A stretch of 58,119 nt of DNA, the filler included, from Callorhinchus milii (lineage: Eukaryota), in NCBI RefSeq assembly GCF_018977255.1. It is 2 parts of 2 records of this genome, joined end to end, with 100 filler letters (N's around TTAATTAATTAA, not from the genome) between each part and the next. Parts side by side here need not be neighbours in the genome. Positions count along the whole stretch, not along the records: positions 29,113 to 58,119 come from NW_024705660.1; 1 more part is not named here. One strand, given 5' to 3'. Positions 35,401 to 47,600 of this stretch are shown piece by piece. The position numbers and the translations under genes are program-made. Below the pieces are notes generated by a model. It saw only the letters and a program-made list of their open reading frames with translations, searched no databases and had not been told where the DNA came from. Position 1 is the stretch's first letter. Each line of letters begins with the position of its first letter.

Positions 35401-36866
35401 GGAATGAAAGTTACATTTTAATGTACAATTTTATTGAGGGACTGTGTGTTGTGGTGAGGTCTGGGGCTGTTTTTGTTGATGTTTTGCTGCCTTGCCCAAG
35501 TTTGTATTTAGTGTTGAAAAACTGGCAGGATTTTACATACTTTGTGCTTATATGCTCAATTATTTTGTGACTTGCTTACATTTTTACACGTTGCACTCAT
35601 TTTCTTTTGTTTGTTGTTGTAACTTGCTGACCCTGTGCCTCGACTGCATATCTGTGAAAGAAGAGCTTCATAGCTTATCGGATTCCTCTTCATCCAGTCT
35701 AAATAATTTATTCTGATTTTGGAAACCAATGCAGGATAAAACGGGGGGGGGGGGTAGAACACACTCCACATTCCACACGGAGAAAGTGGCCCAAGTTTGG
35801 GCATCAAACCCAGGTCCCTCTGTGAGTTCCAGCCCTGCTGCCTGCAAACGAACACATGTACAGTTCAAACCCCACGTGTACATTCGGTTATATACGGATG
35901 TATTTTTATAATTGGTTTCTGGGTGAGGACAAATAATGAAGCAGCCATATCTTTGCCATGTAGCCTTTCATCCAGTGTGATATCGCAAGACTAATGCCCA
36001 TTTTGTAACCAGACCCACGATGGGCAAAGGTATGCTGTGTTACTGCAGCATCGTTATTAACCTGGTTAATCTATTTCCGCACGATGGTGGGGGGGGGGGG
36101 GGGAGTGCAATCTCTGTTGTAGCAGGAAGTTGGAACGGTGTCGTGCGCATCTCTTTACAGAGCGGAGCCGGCGCTGCCCCCATCCTCCGCGCTCGCCCAG
36201 GCCTCTAAATGGCTGACGGTTGTTGTGGAGGAAGAGGAGACTCCGGTGGAGGAGCTGGTGGTGCAGGAGGAGGAGACCCTGGTGGAGGAGCTGGTGGTGC
36301 AGGAGGAGGAGACCCTGGTGGAGGAGCTGTTGGTGCAGGAGGAGGAGACCCTGGTGGAGGAGCTGGTGGTGCAGGAGGAGGAGACCCTGGTGGAGGAGCT
36401 GTTGGTGCAGGAGGAGGAGACCCTGGTGGAGGAGCTGGTGGTGCAGGAGGAGGAGGAGACCCTGGTGGAGGAGCTGGTGGTGCAGGAGGAGGAGACCCTG
36501 GTGGAGGAGCTGGTGGTGCAGGAGGAGGAGACCCTGGTGGAGGAGCTGGTGGTGCAGGAGGAGGAGACCCTGGTGGAGGAGCTGGTGGTGCAGGAGGAGG
36601 AGACCCTGGTGGAAGAGCTGGTGGTGCAGGAAGAAGAGGAGATGAGGGGGGAGACAGAGGAGGTATGGACGAAGGAGCAGGAGATGGTGGTGCAGGTGGA
36701 GGAGACATTGGTGGAGAAGATGGTGGAGAAGGAGATGACAAGGAAAGAGGATCAGGTGATGCAAGAGGAGAAGAGGAAGCCAGGGAGTCTGGCCCGCATA
36801 GGGAGAACCATCCGTTCACTCCTCCGACGCGTGCTGCTGTGTGGTGGCCGGTCCACCACACAGTAG
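29427..36866 (+). CDS. Kinase B: DYRK-like kinase paralog (5' exons outside this piece; three 1-nt indels) with Glu-repeat C-terminal exon
   Basis: Exons 29427-29563 (HYRYEV..GEGGQG..VAVK), 31033-31181, 32014-32151 (HADIKP), 32887-32968 (ENVL..DFG), 33134-33306 (GGTLPFQSPE, DMWALGC), 33769-33829, 34047-34164, 34515-34655 (WDPDCRMTPAQALGHSWL), 36161-36866. Three exon sizes (137, 173, 61) and all phases equal those of kinase A. Indels near 31096, 31140, 32065. Confidence 0.88.
36161..36866 (+). CDS. Glu-rich terminal exon (11 x ETLVEELVVQEE) ending in a basic amphipathic helix + Cys; probably the kinase B tail
   Basis: Donor CG|GTAAGC at 34655 (phase 2) joins acceptor ctctttacag|A at 36161 in the frame of ORF 36138-36866; 36-bp tandem unit at ~36237-36640. 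Confidence 0.7.
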
Positions 36867-37047
36867 AGGTGGTGGTGGTGGTCACGGATCGTTGTGAACC
36901 ACGACCACTATCACCATACCCACCACACACACCCTGCACCCATTCACCCCCCTGTGATACCCACCACCCACCGCACACCACACACCACACACACACACAC
37001 CCTGCACCCGCCCACCCCATGATCCCACCCCCACCACATTCCACACA

Positions 37048-37353
37048 AAGGGTTAGGGGTTTAGAGGGTTAGGGATTTATAAAGTTAAGGGTTTAGAGGT
37101 TTCGGGTTATTTCAGGGTTAAGGGGTTTAGATGTTTCGGGATTTCGAGGGTTATAGGGTTTAGGGGTTGAGAGTGTCAGGGGTTGAGGGGATTCGAGAGT
37201 TAGGGGTTTAGAGGGTTGGGGTTTAGAGGGTTAGGTGTTTAGAGGATTAGGCTATTTGGGGTATAGGGTTTTAGAGGGTTAGGGTTTTCAGGGTAAAGGG
37301 GTTTAAGGGTAAAGGGGTTCAGAGGGTTAGGGGTTTATAGGGTTTTGGGTTTA
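37048..37353 (+). repeat. Degenerate telomere-like (GGGTTA/GGGGTTTA) satellite, left part
   Basis: gggttaggggtttagagggttaggg...; continues after the Tc1 insertion. Confidence 0.8.
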
Positions 37354-37769
37354 CAGTGAGGGAAAAAATATTTGATCCCCTGCTGATTTTGTACGTTTGC
37401 CCACTGACAAAGAAATGATCAGTCTATAATTTTAATGGTAGGTTCATTTGAACAGTGAAAGACAGAATAACAACAACAAAATCTTGAAAAACGCATGTCA
37501 AAAATGTTATAACTTGATTTGCATTTTAATGAGGGAAATAAGTATTTGACCCCTCTGCAAAACATGACTTAGTACTTGGTGGCAAATCCTTGTTGGCAAT
37601 CACAGAGGTCAGACGTTTCTTGTAGTTGGCCACCAGGTTTGCACACATCTCAGGAGGGATTTTGTCCCACTCCTCTTTGCAGATATTCTCCAAGTCTTCT
37701 TTAGTTCTTGCGGTAAAGTCACGTAGAAGGAAAGTAATAAAATAATAAAAATAAAACATAATAAAACAA

Positions 37770-37818
37770 TTCTCACGACGTTTCGGCCACAACGCAAGCA
37801 GCCGTCCTCAGGTGAAAA
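37770..37818 (-). ncRNA. Minimal hammerhead ribozyme, mirror copy in the left Penelope arm
   Basis: Reverse complement of 43892-43940. Confidence 0.78.
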
Positions 37819-38711
37819 CCAGGTCTGTCGAGGCGACAGCGTCTGAATGAAACAGCACACGTGCTTGGAGCATATATATAAGCTGGGTTGGAAGGGGGGA
37901 AAAGGGCGCCTTGACAAAAGAATATGCATATCAAGAGGAATTTAGCATATTTATGGGAAATGCAGGTATGTGATTAGTACTACTTATGACGTGCATTATG
38001 CAGGATTAGCAGCATCAAAGGGAAGGGATATGGGAAATGCAGGTATGTGAATAGTACTACTTATGCCCGTGCATTATGCAGGATTAGCAGCATCAAAGGG
38101 AAGGGGATAGGGGTAGCATTAATAAAGGGAAGGAGTGTTAATAGTATGTAGCTGCAGTAACTAAAACCACCACGTAAACAACTAAAGTATAAACTACATA
38201 GTATCATCAGTATACTAAATATACTCTACAATAAGCTGAGTTACTAACAGTAAGTAATACATTACAATTCTACGTCGTAAAAAATATATAATATGCTTCC
38301 ATCTAAACTTTATTCTCTTACATCACACGAGTCTACACCGTACTATATACTGCCATAGACAAACCCAACATTAAATTACATACTGTATTGCCTTATACAT
38401 TGTAATATTACACTATGTATTATTCTACCCACCCTAATGTATATCACACTGCTGTATATTGACTATACAATTACGATACTATATATTACTTTGTACATTG
38501 TATTAAGCATATAAATGTTATACTATTTGTTATTATACACTGTACCATTGACCGTCGTGTGAAAGATACTAAGAGGAAGCAACGAAATATGTCAATGGGT
38601 GAGTAGTGAGGGGAAACTTGCAGCGGAGCAAAGAATCCATTCCCTGCGGAGAATACAATGCCAGTGAGTGGAACGCGGTCTGAAAGTCACCGTAAACGTG
38701 AACACAATCAG

Positions 38712-40744
38712 TTAAGATCCGAAATGGTTTATTACGTCCTTCCAATGATTGCTAAGCCAGAATCCATCTTCTCGGTTGAAATTGTCTCTGTGTTTGTATA
38801 TGTGGATCGCCTCATGAACGAATCTCTCATGGTAGCCAGATGGCTTGCAGAGAACCTCTGTCTTGGAGAAGTCAATATCATGTGAGCCCACTGAATTGTA
38901 ACAGTAATCTGCCACGGCTGAGGTGTTTGTCCTACCGTGTTTTAAGTCTGCTTTATGTTCACGGATGCGGTCCGAGACATGTCGTTTGGTTTCTCCAATG
39001 TAACTGCTACCACAGAGGCAACTTAGTTTGTAGACGCCAGGGTACTGTATGTCTGGAACCACATCTTTTACAGACGGGACCAGATCACGGATTTTATGTA
39101 CTGTGTTGAATCGGACCTGGATCTTGTGTTTTATCAGGATTTTGGAGACCTTTTTTGTGACCCCAGCAATGTAGGGTAAGGTGATGGTCTTGAAAGGCTC
39201 CTCAACAGGATCCTTCCTGATGGTTGGAGTGATGGCTTTGCGGATTGTGTAGTCGGAGTAACCATTAGCCTTAAGAGCTTGGCGTACGTGTTTGAGTTCA
39301 CTGGCAATGTGTTCCTGGTCGGATATGCATTGGGCTCTATGGTATAGAGTCTTGATGAGGGAATTCTTCTGGGATGGATGGTGGTGGGAATCCGGTTTTA
39401 GGTAAGCATCCGTATGGGTGGCTTTCCTGTAGACAGAGTGGCTCATTGAACCATCAGGTCTCCTTTTAATTAGGACATCCAAAAAGGGTAGCTTGCCATC
39501 TTTTTCGACTTCCATGGTGAATCTGATGGCTGGGTGTATGGAATTGATGTGGTCGAGAAATTGGTCTAGTGCAGGCCGGCCATGTGGCCAGATGACAAAA
39601 GTCTCATCTACGTACCTCTTCCATAAGGTCGGGCGTAGAGTGGCAGTCTGGATGGCGTCAGTCTCAAATTTCTCCATGAACACGTTGGCTACAACCGGAG
39701 ATAGGGGGGGCCCATTGGGGTGCCCTCAGTTTGCTTGTAGAAAGTTCCATTCCAGGTGAAGTATGTATTGGTTAAGCAGTGTCTCACCAGGGGGGGGGTA
39801 CCCCAGCGTTCAGTCCTTGATGAACCAAGTCTTCAATGATTGCGAGGAACTTTGGTGAATAAGGAAACCACATCAAAACTGACAAGCAGGTCGTCTGGGG
39901 ACAGGGAAATCCCCTTGATTGTCGATACCAGGTCAGTAGAGTTTAGTACCGCAGAGATGGTTTTTCCAGTGAAAGGCCGTAGGATTTCAGACAAAAAACG
40001 AGCCAGTTTGTAGGTGGGGGAATTGATAGTAGAGACAATGGGACGAAGAGGTGTATCTTCTTTATGTATCTTTGGCAAGCCGTATAATCTTGGTGGCCTG
40101 GCTGCAGAAGGTTTCAACGAGAACTGTTTGGTCTGATCAATTAATGCGGTTGAAGCAGAAATGATTTTGTTGGTTTTGGAGACGAGGCTGTTGGTGGGGT
40201 CTCTTTTTATTTTTGTATAGCTGCCATCGTTGAGTAGTTCTTGAATTTTGTTGTTGTATTCTATTTTGTCCATGATGACAGTGGCATTGCCTTTGTCGGC
40301 TGAGAGGATGACAATGTCATCCCTCTTTTTTATTTGAGCTAATTCAAAACGCTCATCTTTGCTGATGTTGCTAGCTGGCATCTTAGCGTTTTTGAGGGTT
40401 GCAGAGATTTCAGATCTTGCTACGTCTGCAGCGATGTGACTCAGGCCCTTGAGAGCTACATCTACTCTAGCAATTATATCATTAACTGGTATGTGTCTAG
40501 GTGTGACTGCAAAGTTTAGTCCTTTAGCTAAAACGGATTTCAGACCTTCAGAAATAGTACTGTTATTGCGATTAATTACGACTTTGTTATCGTCTAGCTT
40601 TTCAATGTGTGGGTCCGGTCTCTTTGAGAGGCGGTTGAATTTGGAAATCAAGTTGTCCTTACATTTGGTCGACATAGCGGCAGCTGAAGAGGCAGTCATT
40701 TTGTCTACATGTTCCCAATCCGATGTGGACATTGTTGCACTCAA
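38712..40744 (-). pseudogene. Penelope RT/GIY-YIG endonuclease, left arm (5'-truncated, frameshifted, YVDE)
   Basis: LAKGLNF, ADKGNATVIMD, LYGLPKIHK, SFDVVSLFT, RYVDET, GKLPFLDV, GVYKLSCLCGSSYIGETKR. Confidence 0.9.
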
Positions 40745-40945
40745 AGATAAGTGTGATTTGTAGAGTGTCTTGTCTAACTGATCTAGATTGGTGCGCGTAA
40801 GTCTGATTTTCTCTGAGATAAGAGCTAAGCTAGTTCTAGACAGAATTCGTTTAGCATTATCTCAGATAAAATCAGACTTACGCGCACCGATCTAGATCAG
40901 TTAGACAAGACACTCTACAAATCACACTTATCTTTGAGTGCAACA

Positions 40946-42924
40946 ATGTCCACATCGGATTGGGAACATGTAGACAAAATGACTGCCTCTTCAGCTGCCG
41001 CTATGTCGACCAAATGTAAGGACAACTTGATTTCCAAATTCAACCGCCTGTCAAAGAGACCGGACCCACACATTGAATAGCTAGACGTTAATAAAATCGT
41101 AATTAATCGCAATAACAGTCTATTTCTGAAGGTCTGAAATCCGTTTTAGCTAAAGGACTAAACTTTGCAGTCACACCTAGACACATACCAGTTAATGATA
41201 TAATTGCTCGAGTAGATGTCGCTCTCAAGGGCCTGAGTCACATCGCTGCAGACTTAGCAAGATCTGAAATCTCTGCAACCCTCAAAAACGCTAAGATGCC
41301 AGCTAGCAACATCAGCAAAGATGAGCGTTTTGAATTAGCTCAATTAGAAAAGAGGGATGACATTGTCATCCTCTCAGCCGACAAAGGCAATGCCACTGTC
41401 ATCATGGACAAAATAGAATACAACAACAAAATTCAAGAACTACTCAACGATGACAGCTATACAAAAATAAAAAGAGACCCCACCAACAGCCTCGTCTCTA
41501 AAACCAACAAAATCATTTCTGCTTCAACCGCATTAATTGATCAGACCAAACAGTTCTCGTTGAAACCTTCTGCAGCCAGGCCACCAAGATTATATGGCTT
41601 GCCAAAGATACGTAAAGAAGATACACCTCTTCGTCCCATTGTCTCTACTATCAATTCCCCCACCTACAAACTGGCTCGTTTTTTGTCTGAAATCCTACGG
41701 CCTTTCACTGGAAAAACCATCTCTGCGGTACTAAACTCTACTGACCTGGTATCGACAATCAAGGGGATTTCCCTGTCCCCAGACGACCTGCTTGTCAGTT
41801 TGATGTGGTTTTCTGGTTCATCAAGGACAGAACGCTGGGGTACCCCCCCAGGTGAGACACTGCTTAACCAATACATACTTCACCTGGAATGGAACTTTCT
41901 ACAAGCAAACTGAGGGCACCCCAATGGGCCCCCCCTATCTCCGGTTGTAGCCAACGTGTTCATGGAGAAATTTGAGACTGACGCCATCCAGACTGCCACT
42001 CTACGCCCAACCTTATGGAAGAGGTACGTCGATGACACTTTTGTCATCTGGCCACATGGCCGGCCTGCTCTTGACCAATTTCTCGACCACATCAATTCCA
42101 TACACCCATCCATCAGATTCACCATGGAAGTCGAAAAAGATGGCAAGCTACCCTTTTTGGATGTCCTAATTAAAAGGAGACCTGATGGTTCAATGAGCCA
42201 CTCTGTCTACAGGAAAGCCACCCATACGGATGCTTACCTAAAACCGGATTCCCACCACCATCCATCCCAGAAGAATTCCCTCATCAAGACTCTATACCAT
42301 AGAGCCCAATGCATATCCGACCAGGAACACATTGCCAGTGAACTCAAACACGTACGCCAAGCTCTTAAGGCTAATGGTTACTCCGACTACACAATCCGCA
42401 AAGCCATCACTCCAACCATCAGGAAGGATCCTGTTGAGGAGCCTTTCAAGACCATCACCTTACCCTACATTGCTGGGGTCACAAAAAAGATCTCCAAAAT
42501 CCTGATAAAACACAAGATCCAGGTCCGATTCAACACAGTACATAAAATCCGTGATCTGTTCCCGTCTGTAAAAGATGTGGTTCCAGACATACAGTACCCT
42601 GGCGTCTACAAACTAAGTTGCCTCTGTGGTAGCAGTTACATTGGAGAAACCAAACGACATGTCTCGGACCGCATCCGTGAACATAAAGCAGACTTGAAAC
42701 ACGGTCGGACAAACACCTCAGCCGTGGCAGATCACTATTACAATTCAGTGGGCTCACATGATATTGACTTCTCCAAGACAGAGGTTCTCTGCAAGCCATC
42801 TGGCTACCATGAGAGATTCGTTCATGAGGCGATCCACATATACAAACACAGAGACAATTTCAACCGAGAAGATGGATTCTGGCTTAGCAATCATTGGAAG
42901 GACGTAAACCATTTCGGATCTTAA
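40946..42924 (+). pseudogene. Penelope RT/GIY-YIG endonuclease, right arm (stop at ~41078, internal deletion near 41810, YVDD intact)
   Basis: ORFs 41296-41913 and 41956-42924 are near-identical to the left-arm proteins. Confidence 0.9.
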
Positions 42925-43891
42925 CTGATTGTGTTCACGTTTACGGTGACTTTCAGACCGCGTTCCAGTCACTGGCATTGTATTCTCCGCAGGGAATGAA
43001 TTCTTTGCTCCGCTGCAAGTTTCCCCTCACTACTCACCCATTGACATATTTCGTTGCTTCCTTAGTATCTTTCACACGACGGTCAATGGTACAGTGTATA
43101 ATAACAAATAATATAACATTTATATGCTTAATACAATGTACAAAGTAATAATATAGTATCGTAATTGTATAGTCAATATACAGCAGTGTGATATACATTA
43201 GGGTGGGTAGAATAATACATAGTGTAATATTACAATGTATAAGGCAATACAGTATGTAATTTAATGTTGGGTTTGTCTATGGCAGTATATAGTACGGTGT
43301 AGACTCGTGTGATGTAAGAGAATAAAGTTTAGATGGAAGCATATTATATATTTTTTACGACGTAGAATTGTAATGTATTACTTACTGTTCGTAACTCAGC
43401 TTATTGTAGAGTATATTTAGTATACTGATGATACTATGTAGTTTATACTTTAGTTGTTTACGTGGTGGTTTTAGTTACTGCAGCTACATACTATTAACAC
43501 TCCTTCCCTTTATTAATGCTACCCCTATCCCCTCCATTTGATGCTGCTAATCCTGCATAATGCACGGACATAAGTAGTACTATTCACATACCTGCATTTC
43601 CCATATCCCCTCCATTTAATGCTGCTAATCCTGCATAATGCACGGGCATAAGTAGTACTAATCACATACCTGCATTTCCCATATCCCTTCCCTTTGATGC
43701 TGCTAATCCTGCATAATGCACGGTCATTAGTACTAATCACATACCTGCATTTCCCATAAATATGCTAAATTCCTCTTGATATGCATATTCTTTCGTCAAG
43801 GCACCCTTTTCCCCCCTTCCAACCCAGCTTATAAATATGCTCCAAACACGTGTGCTGTTTCATTCAGACGCTGTCGCCTCGACAGACCTGG

Positions 43892-43940
43892 TTTTCACCT
43901 GAGGACGGCTGCTTGCGTTGTGGCCGAAACGTCGTGAGAA
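43892..43940 (+). ncRNA. Minimal hammerhead ribozyme at the Penelope 3' end
   Basis: ttttcac-CTGAGGA-cggc..gccg-AAAC-GTC-gtgagaa. Confidence 0.78.
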
Positions 43941-45874
43941 TTGTTTTATTAGGTTTTATTTTTATTTCATTACTTCCCTTCTACGTGACTTTACCGAAAG
44001 AACCAAGAAGATGAATCCCTGCAGTCACAAAAGCTTTAAATCGAAAATTCTCCAAGTCATTAAGGTTTCGAGGCTGACGTTTGGCAACTCGAACCTTCAG
44101 CTCCCTCCACAGATTTTCTATGGGATTAAGGTCTGGAGACTGGCTAGGCCACTCCAGGACCTTAATGTGCTTCTTCTTGAGCCACTCCTTTGTTGCCTTG
44201 GCCGTGTGTTTTGGGTCATTGTCATGCTGGAATACCCATCCACGACCCATTTTCAATGCCCTGGCTGAGGGAAGGAGGTTCTCACCCAAGATTTGATGGT
44301 ACATGGCCCCGTCCATCGTCCCTTTGATGCGGTGAAGTTGTCCTGTCCCCTTAGCAGAAAAACACTCCCAAAGCATAATGTTTCCACCTCCATGTTTGAC
44401 GGTGGGGATGGTGTTCTTGGGGTCATAGGCAGCATTCCTCCTCCTCCAAACACGGCGAGTTGAGTTGATGCCAAAGAGCTCCATTTTGGTCTCATCTGAC
44501 CACAACACTTTCACCCAGTTGTCCTCTGAATCATTCAGATGTTCATTGGCAAACTTCAGACGGGCATGTATATGTGCTTTCTTGAGCAGGGGGACCTTGC
44601 GGGCGCTGCAGGATTTCAGTCCTTCACGGCGTAGTGTGTTACCAACTGTTTTCTTGGTGACTATGGTCCCAGCTGCCTTGAGATCATTGACAAGATCCTC
44701 CCGTGTAGTTCTGGGCTGATTCTCACCGTTCTCATGATCATTGCAACTCCACGAGGTGAGATCTTGCATGGAGCCCCAGGCCGAGGGAGATTGACAGTTA
44801 TTTTGTGTTTCTTCCATTTGCGAATAATCGCACCAACTGTTGTCACCTTCTCACCAAGCTGCTTGGCGATGGTCTTGTAGCCCATTCCAGCCTTGTGTAG
44901 GTCTACAATCTTGTCCCTGACATCCTTGGAGAGCTCTTTGGTCTTGGCCATGGTGGAGAGTTTGGAATCTGATTGATTGATTGCTTCTGTGAACAGGTGT
45001 CTTTTATACAGGTAACAAGCTGAGATTAGATCACTCCCTTTAAGAGTGTGCTCCTAATCTCAGCTCGTTACCTGTGTAGTAAGTATATGGAGGCTTGACG
45101 ACAGGATCGGAGGCACACTTATTTATTACACCAACACAGTTATTACAGGTCACTTGGCTACAGGGATTCTCGACAGCTAACCCCTCTAACCTATACCAAT
45201 TCCTCCACTACGGGACTAGGGGAGGCTATCTGTCCCAGCTTGGTTAAGCTGGGATCCCGGCTCCCTGAGTCACCAGACCAGCTTCGTCTGGGCTCTCGGG
45301 GCCACGCCACCGGCTTGCCCTGGTCGGCCCTTATAAGGACAGCGAGCCAGGGGAGCTCTGGGGCCTATACTAGCAGGTCTTCCGTCTTCTCTGGTTAAAG
45401 CTGAGTCCCGACCTCGAGCCCTCGAGCTCATCACCTTTTATAGGACTCGCCCCCGAGGGGGGGCCCGTGGGGGATGCACATGCGGACGTCGGTGCGAGCG
45501 CCACCCTTGTGTACGGCCGTAACCCCGCCCCTTGTGTTTGTTGGCCATCCGTGGCCATGCATAATCACACCTCAACATTCGTAGCCATGCGCAATTACAC
45601 CTCTACATCACCCCCCCTGTACAGCTCGCAGCCGTCCCTGGCTGCAAAAAAAATCAGAATAAAGGTGCATCCCTCACGAAAACCCCGTGTGTGTGCCTCG
45701 CGTAATTTTAACAAGAACAAGAGAACCTTAACAAGAACAACAACAGGAAGAGAGAGAGAGAGAGAAAAAAAATAACCCGACGCACCCCCCCGAATAAATA
45801 CCCCAAAACCAACATATATACACACTCCGGACGCCACCCCTCCCATTGTCCGCAAGGCCCCCCAACGGCCGACC

Positions 45875-47600
45875 TCACAATAGTCTGCGCGTTTTGGCGC
45901 GCGTTCTCGCGGCGGGCCCGTCACAAGGGCCCGTCCCGGCACGCTCAGTGACGGTTGTTGACGGTCCGGGTGCAAGAGAGTCAGGCGTCGCTGCCGAGTG
46001 ACCCCCGACCCCTCCGGGAGGGGTTGGTGGGTGTGGACCCGTCACTCCTGTTGCACCTGGGGACGGAACAGTTGATGTCAGGTTAGGCGAGTGCAGCGAC
46101 GTCGGGGAGTCGGCGGAACCCTCACACGTTTGGCCATGCGTGTGTGTGTGTGAACCACGGGGCGGCGCGATGAATGGTTTCAACCTTGAGGGGTGCACAT
46201 ACCACCGGCGCCTCCCCCATTTGACGCGAACACATTGCGGCCGCAAGACCTGTACGACCTCCACTGGCCCCCGCCACGGCCGTACCAATTTGACGAGGTT
46301 GCCAGCGGCACCTGGGACAGTGCAACCACGCCCTGTCCCCTGGTTTCCATTTGACCACCTGTACCCGCCCCAACCGAAGCCTCTCGTTCGCCTTCTGGCG
46401 GAGTTCAGAATTTTGCACGGCCGCTTCCCGCGCCTCAGACAATTTGCGATGTTAAATTTAACGTGTTCGGACAAGTTAGACTTCGCCTGGGGCGCCGAGA
46501 GCTTCAGCTGGGTCGCCACAGGGGGGTTAGCCTCGCGCCCATACATTAAAAAGAAAGGGGAAAATCCGGTGGCCGCATGGGGAGCCATTCTGTAGGCCTG
46601 CAACACACCGGCTATGCGAAGGTCCCAATCCGTCTGGGATACCGACACCTGCTGGGACAGCATGGACGTGATGGTCCGATGCAGCCGTTCCACCATCCCG
46701 TCAGTTTGTGGGTGATACGGAGAGGTCCGAACCTTCTCCGTACCCAAGAGGTCGCACACCTCGCGTAGGAGTTTACCAGAAAAATTCCTACCCTGGTCAG
46801 TAAGCAGCCGTTCCGGAGCACCCTTGTCGAGGACATAGCCCTGGACAAAGGCCTCCGCGATGGCTGCTGCCGACTGGTTGCCAGGGGCCAGGCCATAGGC
46901 CATCTCGTGAAGTATTCACCCCCGTTAATAAATACCTATTGCCCCTGGGCGTAGCGGGAAATGGGCCGAGTATGTCCAGAGCGACGAGCTCGTTAACCCG
47001 GGAAACCTTTATGGACTGCAGCGGAGGGTTGGACCCCCTAGCAGGTGGCTTCCTCTGCGCGCATTGCGTGCACGACCCCAGGAGATCCCCCACGTCCTTT
47101 GCCATGCCCGGCCAGAAGAAATCAGCTGGAGCGTGGCAAAGGTCTTGTGAACCCCCAAGTGCAGAAGCCGCTCATGAACAGCCCATACCACCTTACCCCT
47201 TAATGCTGCAGGCACCACGAGCCGCTGGCGGCGGGTTTTCCATCCCAGTGCATTAAAAGACCCTGGAACAACCCCCACGAGTCAACGTTTCCACCCCCTG
47301 ACCAGCCCCCCCGACGCGACGGCGCAGAGCGAGGAGGGAGGTGTCCTCCATTTGGAGGCGTCCCCATTCCGCGACCGACAACCCCAGCAACGAATCCCTC
47401 CCTTCTTGCTCGATAGGACCCGAAGCCGAAGGCGCATCGGCAGCGGCCACGAGGACCGAATCGGTGGTGACGTTCGGGGGCCTACAACGCCCCGAACCCA
47501 AGAGGCACGCGCACTCCGAAGTGGGTGGCAATCGTGACAGGGCGTCAGCGTTCGTGTGGCGGACACCCTTACGATATGTGGTGACAAAGTCATAGTCTTG
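45875..47600 (-). pseudogene. Gypsy pol C-part: end of RNase H and integrase (frameshifted)
   Basis: QDYDFVTTYRKGVRHTNADALSR; HLG..CTQC; VALDILGP, LLTDQGRNF, TSPYHPQTDGMVER, TGFSPFFLMYGRE. Confidence 0.88.

Larger units (their letters stand above)
37697..44046. mobile_element. Penelope-like retroelement, head-to-head inverted duplication (~3.1-kb arms, 35-nt spacer)
   Basis: Arms 37697-40821 and 40857-44046 are reverse complements; 12-bp TSD attctccaagtc (37685-37696, 44047-44058); RT + GIY-YIG in both arms. Confidence 0.93.
37568..44951 (-). pseudogene. Tc1 DD34E-type transposase, disrupted
   Basis: ATG 44951 [22 protein letters not shown]; frameshift ~44722; [25 protein letters not shown] in ORF 43981-44817; split by the Penelope insert at 44046/37697; C-terminus [20 protein letters not shown] at 37696-37568. 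Confidence 0.9.

Noticed and set aside
26508..36866. Kinase B nested antisense in a contactin intron, or an inverted kinase pair around the Ig gene
   Set aside because: The pieces are joined by an artificial linker at 29013-29112, so adjacency and relative orientation are not evidence.
36066..37072. Pro-rich, His/Leu-rich, Gly-rich and Trp/Arg-rich ORFs overlapping the 36-bp repeat
   Set aside because: Alternative frames of a stop-free repeat; only the Glu frame has matching splice phase and a structured C-terminus.
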